Origin: Candidatus Bathyarchaeota archaeon
Lineage (GTDB): Archaea > Thermoproteota > Bathyarchaeia > Bathyarchaeales > Bathycorpusculaceae
Reading direction: 5' to 3'
DNA length: 64,000 nucleotides
NCBI GenBank assembly: GCA_963768425.1
Contig: CAVYHV010000015.1
Span: 1-64,000 of the forward strand
Shown: in pieces, positions 32,534 through 44,098 of the stretch
How the letters are laid out: every line of letters begins with the position of its first letter
Position numbering within the stretch: position 1 is the stretch's first letter
Notes under the pieces: model-generated
The model's database searches: none
What the model was told of the DNA's origin: nothing
Seen by the model: only the letters and a program-made list of their open reading frames with translations
Translations under genes and position numbers: made by a program

Positions 32534-32899
32534 ATGGGGCCCAAGAACGAACATATAACTTTGTGGATATTGGATCAAGACCGCAAAGAAAATCGAGAAC
32601 GCAGAAAAGCAGAAAATGCTCAAAAAAATCAGATGGATGCTGTTGAAGGCAAAAACCATTGTTCCAAGTGCAAGAAGACTTTTGACGAACCCAAGATAGT
32701 CCTAGTTTGCCCTCATTGCTTGAGCAAAATAGAAGAAAAAGGCAAAACAGGCTGCCAATACTGGTTGGGTTTTCTGAACCAAAAAGAAAAGACCGAATCA
32801 ATCCCACAGGAATGTGTTGAATGTCCAAGAGTTTTGGAGTGCATGCTTAGCCAAGAAAAATCTGCAAGCGCAGTTTCAGAAATTCGTAAATGGTACTGA
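32534..32899 (+). CDS. Cys-rich Zn-binding hypothetical protein
   Basis: CSKC, CPHC, CQYWLGFL, ECVECPRVLEC. Confidence 0.7.
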   Translation: MGPKNEHITLWILDQDRKENRERRKAENAQKNQMDAVEGKNHCSKCKKTFDEPKIVLVCPHCLSKIEEKGKTGCQYWLGFLNQKEKTESIPQECVECPRVLECMLSQEKSASAVSEIRKWY

Positions 32900-33149
32900 G
32901 TTGCCAAGATTTGCAGATATCCGGCTCATTTACGCCTTTGCTGTTTTACCCAGATGCCACCGAAACTACGCGACCCATGAGATCTTCGTCTTGCTTTAAG
33001 TTTAGATACTTATCGATACCTTTAATCTCTAAAGACAACTCTTCTCTACCGTGCCCTAACATCTCAACAGCCGCATTGTTAACGTCAATAAAGTTTTCTT
33101 AAAGATCGATGACCCATATGGATTCATCCATGCCTTTAATCAGCTTCTT

Positions 33150-36100
33150 TTAAGTTGCCTCACTTTCTCTTAAAGCTGCCTCTTTTTTCTTGTCGACTGA
33201 AATATCTCTTGCAGTGATTAGCGAAAGTTCTTCATTATTAGTTTCAAGCAAAGAAACGGAAAATAGAACGGGAAAAATTTCCCCATTTTTTCGCCTAAAA
33301 TATGATTCTTTGTTTCTTACTTTTCCTTCTTTGTTTAACATCAAAGTAATCCTTTCTCTATCAGAAGGGTCCGCCCAAATGTTAAGCTCTAAAGCACACT
33401 TACCAATAACTTCTTGCCTGGAGTAGCCAAACATTTCCAAAAAAATATCATTACACTCAACTATTAAGGAACCTCTTAATGTAGTAATCATAAAAGCATC
33501 TAGACTGGTTGAAAATGCTGTCCTAAGCCTTTCTTCACTTTCAATTAACGCTTGTTCAGCCTTCTTGCGTTCAGTGGTGTTTCGGGCTATGCTTAGAACT
33601 GCCCGCTTTCCACCGTATGTTATGAGACTTGAGCTAATCTCCACCGGAATTTCTTGTCCATCCTTAGTAACGTGAATTGTTTCAAAAACCCGATTCCTAA
33701 CAGAAGGAATTTCACCAAGCCTTTTTCTAATTTGCTCTGGGCTCATGATCTTATCAATGCCGCTAACACCAATACGCATCAACTCTTCTTTAGAATAGCC
33801 CAATGTTTTAACCGCGGCATCATTCACATCAATAAAGTTTCCCTCAAAATCAATAATCCAGATAGTTTCAGTCATGCCGTTAACTAAATTTCTATAATTT
33901 GCCTCGCTCTCCGCTAAGGCTTCTTCAGTTTTTTTGCGTGTGGTAATGTCGTGAGCGACAACGAAAGCGCAATCAAGTTCGTTGTTTGTGTATTTCAATT
34001 TCGCATTCAAGGTTGCCCAAATGGAACGACCGTCTTTCGTTATTACTCCAAATTCAACGTTTGGGTCTATTTTTTCTCCAGTTATGCTTTTTCTAAATAT
34101 TTCTCGGAAGCGTTCTTTGCTCTCAGCGTTAAGAAGGTCAAAAGGACTCATAGAAAGCAATTCTTTTTCCGAGTAACCCGACAGAGCGCACATATAGTCG
34201 TTAACACTTTTGAACTGGAGACTCTTGCAGTCGATTTCATAGATAGCGGCTGGAGCGTATTCTGCAAGATGGCTGTATTTTTCGTCTTCTTCCCGCAGCT
34301 TCTCCTCTGCCAAAGTTTTGGACAAAGCCAAAGCCAAATGGTCAGCTATCCTTTCCCACATCTGAATAGCTTCGAGAGAAAACATGTTCTTCCGCTTACT
34401 ATTTAACTGAAGCAACCCCAATCGATTGTTACCGACATGCAACGCAAGCAACGCAACCGACTCATAGCCTTCTCCGTTGCAACGGTTGCGAGTTCGAATT
34501 TGACGGTCCGCATCAGATGTTGTAGCAAGAAGCCGCGCGGTATCGTTTGACCAAAAGCTTCCCTTTTCAGTAAAGAATTTTTTTGAAGGGTCGAATCTTC
34601 CGCACAAAATGTTTTCACACATGCATTCGATAACTGGGTCACCTTTCAAGTCTCGAATTAAATTGCCAGCAGCGTCCCTAGCGACAAAGTTTGTCCTCTA
34701 AGTAAGACGTGTTCAGGAGGAAAGCCTCTAGTTTCATAATAAGGATAATCATCTCCGTCTTTGAGCCTAATTCCTACCCCCTCGCAACCTGATTGTTTTT
34801 GGAAGAACTCAAGGGAAGCAGTAATCAAATCCCTGGTACCAAAGTTGCATTAGTGATTTTCAGAAACTGGATCATTATCTCGCGTTCAGTTTCAGCTTTT
34901 TTGCGTTCAGTTATATCGATGATTGATCCTTCCAGTATTCCCTCTTCAGGATAAAGCTTCAAAGCCGTAAGACAGAGTCTAGCTTCGCTTTGCTTGTTTA
35001 GCATTTTGCATTCGAAATCTTCGACAAAGCCATTGGCTTTTAGTCGGTTAACCATGTCTATTCTTTCAACTGGGTTAGCCCAAAGAGTAAGCGATGATTT
35101 ACCTATTATTTCGTTCCGCCTGCGGCCAAAAATGCGGAGAAACTTTTCGTTGCAGTCAAGAATTTCAGATCCATCTAACTTGGTCCTAAACATTCCTGCT
35201 TCGGAGTTTTCGAAAATACTCCTATACTTTACTTCACTTTTCCTCAGTCCTTCCTCAGCTTTCTTGCGTTCAGTAATGTCATTCGCGTAAATGTTTACGT
35301 AGCCTTCGACAATGACAGGTGCAAATAACATCGAAAATACTTTTGCGCCATAGATCTGTTCACGCTCAATTTTAATGTTGGATTTTAGACAGTCAGCAAC
35401 AAGTTGATTTATGTCGTCAGGTGCACGTTCGCCAACTTTGATATTCCACTCGTTCAACAATAAAAGTGCAGCTGCATTTCCATAAAGAATTGTGCCTTCT
35501 CCTTTAATACGAAGCACGGGCAAAGGATTCTCAGAAGGAAACTTTGATAAACTTTTGATTTTGTCTTCTTGTCGCTTAAGTTCAGTTATATCATCAAAGA
35601 TTGAAACGAAATACCCGTTTTCTGGGCTATAGGTAAGTATGGAAAAACATCTTTCTGAACCTTGAAAGCAATATTCGAACCTTGCTGATTTACCATGGGA
35701 GATTATTGGCCAATATGTTGCAAGTAAATCTGTAAGATTCTTCGTGATTCCGCCAGGGAAAACATTTGTGCCTCGTTCTCCTAAGACGTTTTTCTCTATT
35801 CCAGTGATTCTTTTAAATGCAAGGTTTGTTTCCAATATAATAAAATCGATTGGTTTTCTATCTAATCCAAAAATTATTTTGTTGTAAGAAAAACCGCTAT
35901 TTAGGTTAGCAAATAAGTAATCAAATTGTCGTCGATCCCGTCTAAACGCCTTATTTTGGGGAATACTCGCCAAGAACCACGCTGCATTAAAATAGCTTTG
36001 AGCTAATTCTACCAAGCAAGGATTATTTGAAAAAACCGCATCACTCTTGCTTTCCACAAGTTTCATTGAGGTCGTGAGAAGAATTTCTTTGTCATCGTAT

Positions 36101-36741
36101 AGTCTAAGCCAAACTTCAAGTGGGGTAATAGCGTATCGGTGTTCAAAATTGGGGAATCTTTCTAATGTTTGGAGTACCCTCGAATGATTTGGTCCATGAA
36201 ATTCTTCTGTGATAATTCGTATGGTTACCTTTCGTTTCAAAGCGCTTTGGATGCTAAAGTTGTTAATGGCGATCCATCTGAGCAATCTTTCCAAAGAAAC
36301 CATAATACAAATTTTGTCTTTGGCGTTTTCAAGATGTTTTTGTAGCTCAAGTTCAAGTGCGTCTCCTCGGATTAAAACGAGTTGATTGCTTTCGGAGTCA
36401 GATTTTGTATTTTCCTTCTCTTTCAGTTTCTCAATTATTTTGTTTGCTTTTTTGTCCAGATCTATGCTTTCTTTGGTTCTTCTCAGCATCAAAATGCCAA
36501 CGGCGTCATTTATGGACAGAGGCTTATACTTGGTTGGAACAGTAACTATTTTTTCAACTAGTCCAGCTTCTAGTAAGTCAATAATTGCTCTATAAGTGTC
36601 GGGGCGGGCTACTTTTGAAACATTAGCGATTTCGCTAATAGATCCCAAGCCTATCCGAAGGAGACCAAGATACGACTTTGCTTGTGTACCACTAAGACCG
36701 AGATCAACTAATGTTTTGATGTTTTCATCAAGGGCACTCAA
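33150..36741 (-). CDS. TrmB-type HTH regulator fused to PAS and GAF-like domains, frameshifted, with decayed 3' end
   Basis: LGLSGTQAKSYLGLL...EIANVSKVARPDTY HTH; repeated PAS ends (DITERKKAE); GAF-like GYESVALLAL; further PAS remnant down to ~32960. Confidence 0.8.
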
Positions 36742-36940
36742 GATGCATTGCCTTCTACTCTTTGCAAATTGAGCAGTATTGTTCTGTTCTAGCGTATGTA
36801 GTCTTTAAGCTTTGGCGAATTCCACCCGATTTCGCTTAATTCAATTCAAAACTTTCAGAACAATATCCTGTTGGATGACCTTCCACCAACAACGGCTTAT
36901 TACCTAAACAGTCTCTATAGACTACGGGGATGATTGTATT

Positions 36941-37441
36941 ATGGCTCTAGACGATTTGGATAGAAAAATAATACAATATCTAAGCTCCGGAACAAACTCC
37001 TATCAAGAACTTGCCCGAACATGCAACGTTACAAGGAATACCATTTACCGGAGAGTTGCTGCCCTTGAAAAAGAAGGAATAATTAAGAATACCCTTCACT
37101 GCATCGTAAACTTGGAACAAATGGACCTCGTTCCTGTAACGATTGGAGTAAGAATTCATCAAAGTGACCAAGATAGAGCGATCAATCTGCTGACAACAAA
37201 CAGGAACGTGAGATTTCTGTGGCGAACCTATGGAGAGCACAACCTGATGCTCGTTGCTTTTTGTCCCAAAGGCAAAGAAGGCGAAATAATCCAAGATATC
37301 AAAGCTGCCCTTGAAGAACTAAACTCAGAACACATATGTGTATCTGTTGGTTACGTGTGGGAAAAGATGAGCTATTCGCCGTTTGATGACCAAACGGAAT
37401 TTGAAACGAAAATAGCGCAGATAATAGAAAATAGATATTGA
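36941..37441 (+). CDS. Lrp/AsnC family regulator
   Basis: LDDLDRKII...SYQELARTCNVTRNTIYRRV..LEKEGII; TYGEHNL. Confidence 0.9.
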   Translation: MALDDLDRKIIQYLSSGTNSYQELARTCNVTRNTIYRRVAALEKEGIIKNTLHCIVNLEQMDLVPVTIGVRIHQSDQDRAINLLTTNRNVRFLWRTYGEHNLMLVAFCPKGKEGEIIQDIKAALEELNSEHICVSVGYVWEKMSYSPFDDQTEFETKIAQIIENRY

Positions 37442-37536
37442 TATTTACCAAAAACAGTAATCAGGCGTAACTATGTTTGTTTGATTCGAGAATGAAAGGA
37501 ACAAATCTGTTTATTTGCTGAAATCGTAAGAGAAAC

Positions 37537-38030
37537 TCAGATTGCTGTTGACGAGCAACTAACCTTTCTGTTCTCGGATTGAAGCAGGCTTTGTTTTAGA
37601 TCCAGCAGGACAAAGCTTCGCAGAGCACTTATCGCTGCAAACTTGGCTATAACGTCTAGAAACAAGTCTGGAAATGTCTCTAGCCACTTCCGGTAAGATA
37701 CCCTGATGGAAACATCAGTGGTGCCTAATTGATTTGCAAGCTCATTTTGCTTCTTAATAGCATCATATCGGTAACTTAGAAGATAGAATAAGCCTCCAAC
37801 AATGGACTTGGAGCTTTTACCGCTAAAAAATACAAATTTTCTGTGCATAAGTCTGATTAAGGATTTGCATAGTCTCGGAGGTTACTGTGTCAGCAATTGA
37901 TTTATCATACCAGACAGCATGTGCCGCAAAAGAGATTTCATCCAGAGGTATACGTCTTAGCAAACTCAATCTTTTCACTTCGTCTGTTAATCAAGATAAG
38001 TCAGCTCCTGACAGGGTTATCATTACCGCC
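37537..38030 (-). CDS. TFB-like cyclin-fold protein, frameshifted, start uncertain
   Basis: SGKSSKSIVGGLFYLLS...KQNELANQLGTTDVSIRVSYRKW resembles the TFB C-terminal cyclin repeat/HTH. Confidence 0.55.
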
Positions 38031-38189
38031 CTACGCAAAAGAAACGTTTTTGTCATTTTTTTTGCACAAATTTATCTATTCAATGGAAATAGTGCATTAT
38101 GTCGAGAAGAACTGACTATTAAGATTGCTTTGCCATGAGTTCATAAAGGCTATTAACAGTTCACTCGTTTTCAGAATAAAGGTAACAAA

Positions 38190-40823
38190 ATGAGTATTAG
38201 AAATGCTTCAGCTGCGTCCAAGGTTCAAATTGCAGAAGATGAAAGTTCTCGACCCATTTTCAGCTTAGGTTCTTCTGTCCAAGAAGAAGCCTTGCATATT
38301 TTGCATGTTGATGATGACGCTGTCGCTCTTGCAAGTTTCGAAAATGATTCTGGAGACTGAAAACAACTTCTTGATTGACGTGGCAATTTCTGTTGATGAT
38401 GCTTTAAAAAAATTGCGAATGCACAATCCTACGATGCGATTGTTTCAGACTATGAAATGCCCCTGAAAAACGGATTAGAATTCTTGAAAGAACTCAGGGA
38501 CCAAAACAATCAAATTCCTTTCATCCTGTTTACGGGCAAAGGCAGAGAAGATGTTGCGGTCAAAGCTTTGAATTTGGGCGCTGACAGCTACATCAACAAA
38601 AACGGTTCTCCAGAAACAGTCTACTGCGAATTGGCAGATGCCATAAACAAGACTGTAGACCGCAAGAAGTCAAAGCAACTGCTTGTCGAGTCAGAGATGA
38701 AGTATCGCACGCTGGTTGAAAAATCGCTTCAGGGAATACTGATTACTCAAACTTCTCCGCTGCAACTGGTTTTTGCCAACGAGTCCATGGGAAACATTTT
38801 GGGCTATACTAATGACGAGTTGAAGTCACTTTCACCTTTAGAAATTGCAGGACTAATATATGACGAGGACAAAGCCGTTTTCTTTAGCCGCTTAGAAAGC
38901 CGCATACATGGGGAACCATCGGACTCAAGCCTTGAGTTTAGAGCAGTACGAAAAGACGGATCGATAGTTTGGCTGGAAGCATTCTCAAGCCGCATTGAAT
39001 ATATGGGGCAACCAGCGGTGCAGGGCATGTTTCTGGACATTGATGAACGCAAGAAGGTCAGCGAGATTTTGCGTGAAAGCGAACAAAGATATCGGGAACT
39101 GGCAAATTCTCTGCCGAACATTGTTTATGAATCTGACACAACTGGAAAGCTGGAATTTGTCAATGAGAAGGCACATGAGATTTCGGGCTATTCTCAGGGG
39201 AAGCTTGAAAAAGGGATGAATGTTCTGCAGTTCATTGTTCCTGAAGACAGAGAAAGAGCAATGAAAAATATGGAGCGGTTGTTAGCGGGAGGCAGTTATG
39301 TTCCTGCTGAGTACCTTTTCTTGCGGAAAGACGGAACCACTTTCCCAGCACTTATCACGACAACTCTTCGTATTTCCAAAGACAAGGTGACAGGGCTTAG
39401 AGGCTTGGTAATTGACATTACTGAACCCAAAAAAATGGAGCAAGAATTTAGGGACTTGGCGAAATTTCCTTCCGAAAATCCTAATCCTATCTTGCGCGTC
39501 TCAAAAGACAACCTGGTCTTGTATGTAAACCAAGCTGCAAAGTTATTGTTAAAGGAGATGAACATTGAAATCGGACAACCTACGCCCCTCTTCTTGAATC
39601 AGTCTATTGCCACGACTCTGAATTCAGGTTTTAGTCAGGAGGCTGAGTTTGAGCAAAACCAGCGAACGTACTTGTTTACAATAGCTCCGATAAAAGACGC
39701 TTCTTATGTCAACGTGTATGGACTAGAAATCACCGAACGCAAGAAAGCTGAAGAGGCTCTTAGGCAAGAGCGGGATATGCTTGAGTCAGTTACGTCAGCC
39801 AGCGGTGCTGGTTGGGTAATTGTCAGTAAAGACTACCATGTGTTATGGGCAAACGATTTTATAAAACGATACAAAGGTGACACCATAGGAAAATTATGTT
39901 ATGCAACGCTCAACAGTTTAGATACGCCTTGCCATGATTGCGGGGTCGCAAAAATTTTTGCGGGAAAAACAACATTTGACTCCCACGAATATTTCTCTAC
40001 GACTGTTGATGGCAACCCGTACTGGGTTGAAATTGTCGCTACCCCCTGTACGGATGGGAATGGAAACGTTACGTCCGCAGTGGAGATTTGTGTAGATATA
40101 ACAGAACGCAAGAAAAACGACGAGAAACTAAGAGAAAGCATTCATAAAAACGAATTAATCAATGAGAAACTCAGCGTTGTTGGCAGTTTAACTAGGCATG
40201 ACGTGGGCAACAAACTCACGGTTGTAAAATCCAATATTTATTTGCTCAAGAAACAAATTGGCGACAATCCAAAATTAGCTAAGTACCTTGAAGGCATCGA
40301 CTCTGCAATTAACCTGTCAGATGAGATGTTTGAGTTTAGCCGTTCCTACGAGAAAATTGGAGTAGAAAAACCTTCAAAAATAGATGTTGCCGAATGCTTT
40401 AATCAAGCTATCGCAATTTTGCCTAATTTGTGCACAATAAAAATCATCAATGATTGCCAAGGGCTAGAGGTAATGGCTGATTCGCTGCTTAAGAAACTTT
40501 TCTACAACTTACTCGACAACTCGCTAAAGTACGGGGAAAAAGTCAGGCAGATTCAACTGCACTTCAGTAAAGAAGATGAAGGGATAAAGCTGTTCTACGA
40601 AGACAACGGAGTCGGAATACCCGAAGCTAACAAGCAAAAACTCTTTACAGAAGGTTTCACCACAGGAAAAAGCGCAGGGCTTGGGCTGTTCCTGATAAAG
40701 AAAATGGTCGAAGTCTACGGCTGGACAATAACTGAAGAAGGAGAACCAGCCAAAGGAGCAAAATTTGTAATAACAATTCCTAGGCTAAATAAAAATGGGA
40801 AAGAGAACTTTCAAATTGCGTAA
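38190..40823 (+). CDS. Hybrid sensor histidine kinase: receiver + multiple PAS + HisKA/HATPase, 5' frameshifts
   Basis: ILHVDDD...VSDYEMP receiver; TRHDVGN; NLLDNS, DNGVGI, GFTT, GLGL. Confidence 0.92.
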
Positions 40824-40845
40824 CAAGTTAAGGTAGTGTTTAACT

Positions 40846-41214
40846 ATGACAATAGAAAATACTCAAAAACAAGTAGAGTTTGCAGTGACGACTGACGCAT
40901 CAGGAATACATGCGACTTTTGTGAAAGTCGCCAAAACGACCGATATCCCATTGGGAAAGATGAGGCACCTGGAAGTTGATGGGCAAGCGGTACTTATTGC
41001 TAACGTCAAAGGTAAGTTTTATGCTGTCTGCGACATATGCCCTCATCTGAGTGCTATGCTATCCAAGGGAACTCTGAATGACTCAATCGTTATTTGCCCT
41101 CGCCATTTTTCAAGCTTCGACGTGACAACAGGAAGAGCAATTTCTGGAACGCGCAGCCGCTTGCGAACTTACGAACTGAAAGTGGACGGCAACGACTTGC
41201 TTATTGAAAGCTGA
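40846..41214 (+). CDS. Rieske-type [2Fe-2S] ferredoxin
   Basis: CPH...CPRHFSSFD. Confidence 0.9.
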   Translation: MTIENTQKQVEFAVTTDASGIHATFVKVAKTTDIPLGKMRHLEVDGQAVLIANVKGKFYAVCDICPHLSAMLSKGTLNDSIVICPRHFSSFDVTTGRAISGTRSRLRTYELKVDGNDLLIES

Positions 41215-41338
41215 GTAACAAGTGAAAAACACTTTTTTGTTTATTTTCGAGGAATGATGCCATGAAATTCACCCAAAATACCTCACCTTGACTGTTTTTG
41301 AGAAAAAAAGCTTACTGGTGATGTCACCAATAGTCAGA

Positions 41339-41410
41339 GGTTCAAATCACACTAACACGTTCGGTTCAAATCACACTAACACGTTCGGTTCAAATCCCAT
41401 CGGATCCGCA
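41339..41410 (+). repeat. Two 24-bp tandem units followed by a tRNA 3'-half relic
   Basis: GGTTCAAATCACACTAACACGTTC x2 (41339-41386), then GGTTCAAATCCCATCGGATCCGCA. Confidence 0.85.
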
Positions 41411-41547
41411 CGTAAATTCATCAAATTAGTTTTAGTGGTAAATTGGCGTCAAAATCCCCCGCCTGATACGCGCACGCTTTCTTGCCCAGATGGGAATCTC
41501 GCACACCGTTTAGGTCGAATTTAAAAAACTTGCTTATGTGATAAAGA

Positions 41548-43247
41548 CTATTGCCTTAAATTTTTGTTTTTTCTAAAGAACTGAAAGAGCGTAGCTATCA
41601 TAGCGAGGCTGACTATTGCTCCAAGGGCTATTCCTTCCAGCACTTCGGTAGGGTCAATCGCGTTTTTTGGAGAACTGCTAAGGTCTACGATGATTTGGTG
41701 GGTACAGAGGTGGTATGAGAAGGTCAGTATCCAAGAATCAGCATTTGACGAAACCGTGAAGCTTTCCGCGTTTCCGTCGATATACGCTTTGATGTTTGAT
41801 GTTTCGTTAACAAGCGACTTTGCGATGTAAACGTCGGCGTAGCCTCTTGTCCCGTTTAGTCCACTCACTGTGAAACTAAGCTGCCCGCTTGTCGAGTTGA
41901 ACGCCAAGTCAGTCACTGTCGAATTCGACGCTACAGAGAATGCGTCCTGCGCGTCCGCGGAGTTGTAGGGGGTAACCACAAAGTTAACTATGTGCTTGTT
42001 CCAGAGAAAACTGCGTTGCCCGCATAGGTGGCGTTGATGACGTAGTATCCAGTGACTGCAGGCAGCCACTCCGCTAAGAAGCCGCCGTTGGAATCTGTCT
42101 CGATTGTGGTTAGATTCAGCCAGGAGCCGCCTCCTGTTACGCTGTACGCGAGCAGAATCGGAGCTTCAGGGACACCCGGCCGTTGTAGGTTAAGCTGCCG
42201 TTGATTTCAACCATGAAGTTGGATAGTGTTGTAGAGCTTTGGCATGAAACGGCAAGAGTCGGCTTAAGCGACGAAGGATATGACAGATTAGCCGGTTTTG
42301 AATTCACAGTCAAGGTGTATGCTGCTTGCCCGTTTGCCGTTAGCACGTCCACAATTAACGGGTCCCCTAGGTTAATGTTCCAAGGTCCTGTTCCGTTAAC
42401 ACTTAAATCTGAACCGAAGCCACCTAAGACTATTTGGTGGTCAGACCAATTTACCAGGTCAATACCAATCGGGCATTCGATATCGTCTCTGGCAGCCTGC
42501 TTCCCAGCTGTCAAAGCCCTCTTCGTCGTATATTCTTATGACGGGAGTTGTGCCTCCGGCTACGGTGTCAATTGACCCATCGGACATGTTTGTAACCTGC
42601 GGCTGGATGTTGCCGAATCCGTTGCCGTCTATTATGATGGTTTGGTTTCGAGCTGCGGCTATGGGACTGACATAAGTTATGGCTGTGGGTTCTGCGACGC
42701 TAGACGGAGCATTAGGACCTACACTAACAGTGTACACTGCTTGCCCGTAAATAGTAAGTACGGCTATCAGCAGGGGATCTCCTGCCGCAATACTCCATTG
42801 AGTTTGATTGTTTGAGCCGCCGGAACCAAGTGCTGAGCCGAATCCACCCAAAACTATTTTGTCATTTGACCAAGCCTTTAAGATAACGCCTATCGAATCT
42901 GCGCCGGAACCTGGGGAATCTTGAACGCCAGCTTCCCAGCTGTTTGGTGGTTGCCCTAAATCGTAAATCCTGATGACTGGTGTGTCTCCTCCGCCAACGG
43001 TGTCGACGGAGCCGTCGCCTAAACTCAAAAGTTGAGGCTGAACGTTCCCGAAGTTGGTGCCGACTATAGTTATAGTCTGCTGTGTAGTTGCGGTTACTGG
43101 GGTTACTGAAGAAATTGAAGGTGACACTTCACCAGGCGCCCCAGCGGATGTTATGCTCTGGGATGAGCCTAACTGTAAACTTCCAGCTAACAATAATCCA
43201 CCAACCATCAAAACTATCAACAGCGCACTCCGAAGTATCGCCTTCAT
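41548..43247 (-). CDS. Secreted, membrane-anchored surface protein with two IPT/TIG-like repeats, frameshifted
   Basis: Signal peptide; duplicated QTITIxGxxFG...DTV.GG.TPVIRIYD...SWEAG; C-terminal TM plus basic tail. Confidence 0.75.
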
Positions 43248-43553
43248 GGTTACACCATATTTCCACCGTACCATCCGTAGCCTTATAAGCGGTCGCTTTT
43301 AATCATGGATCTTTAAGAAACCAAAAAAATTTCACCTTCAGCATTCTTGCCGAAGAATCAACGGCTTAAGCCTTCAAAAACTTCAATAACGGTGTAACTT
43401 TGTATTTTAAGGGCAAAATTGAACCTTTAAATAGCACATACATTAGCTTTCACCGCCGTTTTGTGTTCACTGGTGTTGTCAGCCTCAACACTTAAAACAG
43501 ATGCCCAGAATTCGGCTGATTGGCGCTTATACACATAGTCAAAATATCCTAGT

Positions 43554-43591
43554 GACGGTTTAAACGACGGCGTCAAGCTAGCCCTCGGCAC
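43554..43591 (+). repeat. att-like site 1 with tRNA-Phe 3' duplication
   Basis: GACGGTTTAAACGACGGCGTCAAGCTAGCCCTCGGCAC. Confidence 0.88.
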
Positions 43592-43905
43592 TTTTGCTTA
43601 TTTTATGCTTGTTTCTTGACAATTTCTTGGTTCTTCGCAAAGAAAGGGAAAAGTACACTCGCTTTGGCTGTTCAAACCTCCCGGACCATAATGCAGTTAG
43701 AACTCTGCAGGGTTCAAAACCCGTAGAGTCCCAAACTCGAAGCCTGATACAATCCCCTTAAATAATTATTCATCTGAATTCCAATCCTCTCTTGATGCTC
43801 AGAAGGCCGAGACCGTCTGGCCTCCACCCAACCTACTTTAAAAGACCTTGGCCATGTTGTCTAAAAAAAGACAATGCAGAATTGCCTTCAGAGAATTTAG
43901 AGTTT

Positions 43906-44014
43906 GCTGAGGCTCTGGAAACTAAGGAAGAAAAGTTTTTTCTTTAGGAGAATAAAGAAAAATGCAAATTCTTCAATTGCAGCTAATTTGAAATGTAACC
44001 AGAGCCTTCTCGGC
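43906..44014. repeat. ~100-bp terminally inverted element, copy 1 (others at 48097-48202 and 57777-57882)
   Basis: GCTGAGGCTCTGGAAAC...CCAGAGCCTTCTCGGC. Confidence 0.75.
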
Positions 44015-44098
44015 GCCCATTCTTTTATCGCTCCATTTTCTCATGGTTTTAAAGGACTAAAAAAAGGAAAAAAGGAATTTTGTGTTGGTTTTTGTTGT

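Noticed and set aside
41339-41410. Mini-CRISPR
   Set aside because: The repeat is only 10 bp and the spacers are identical.
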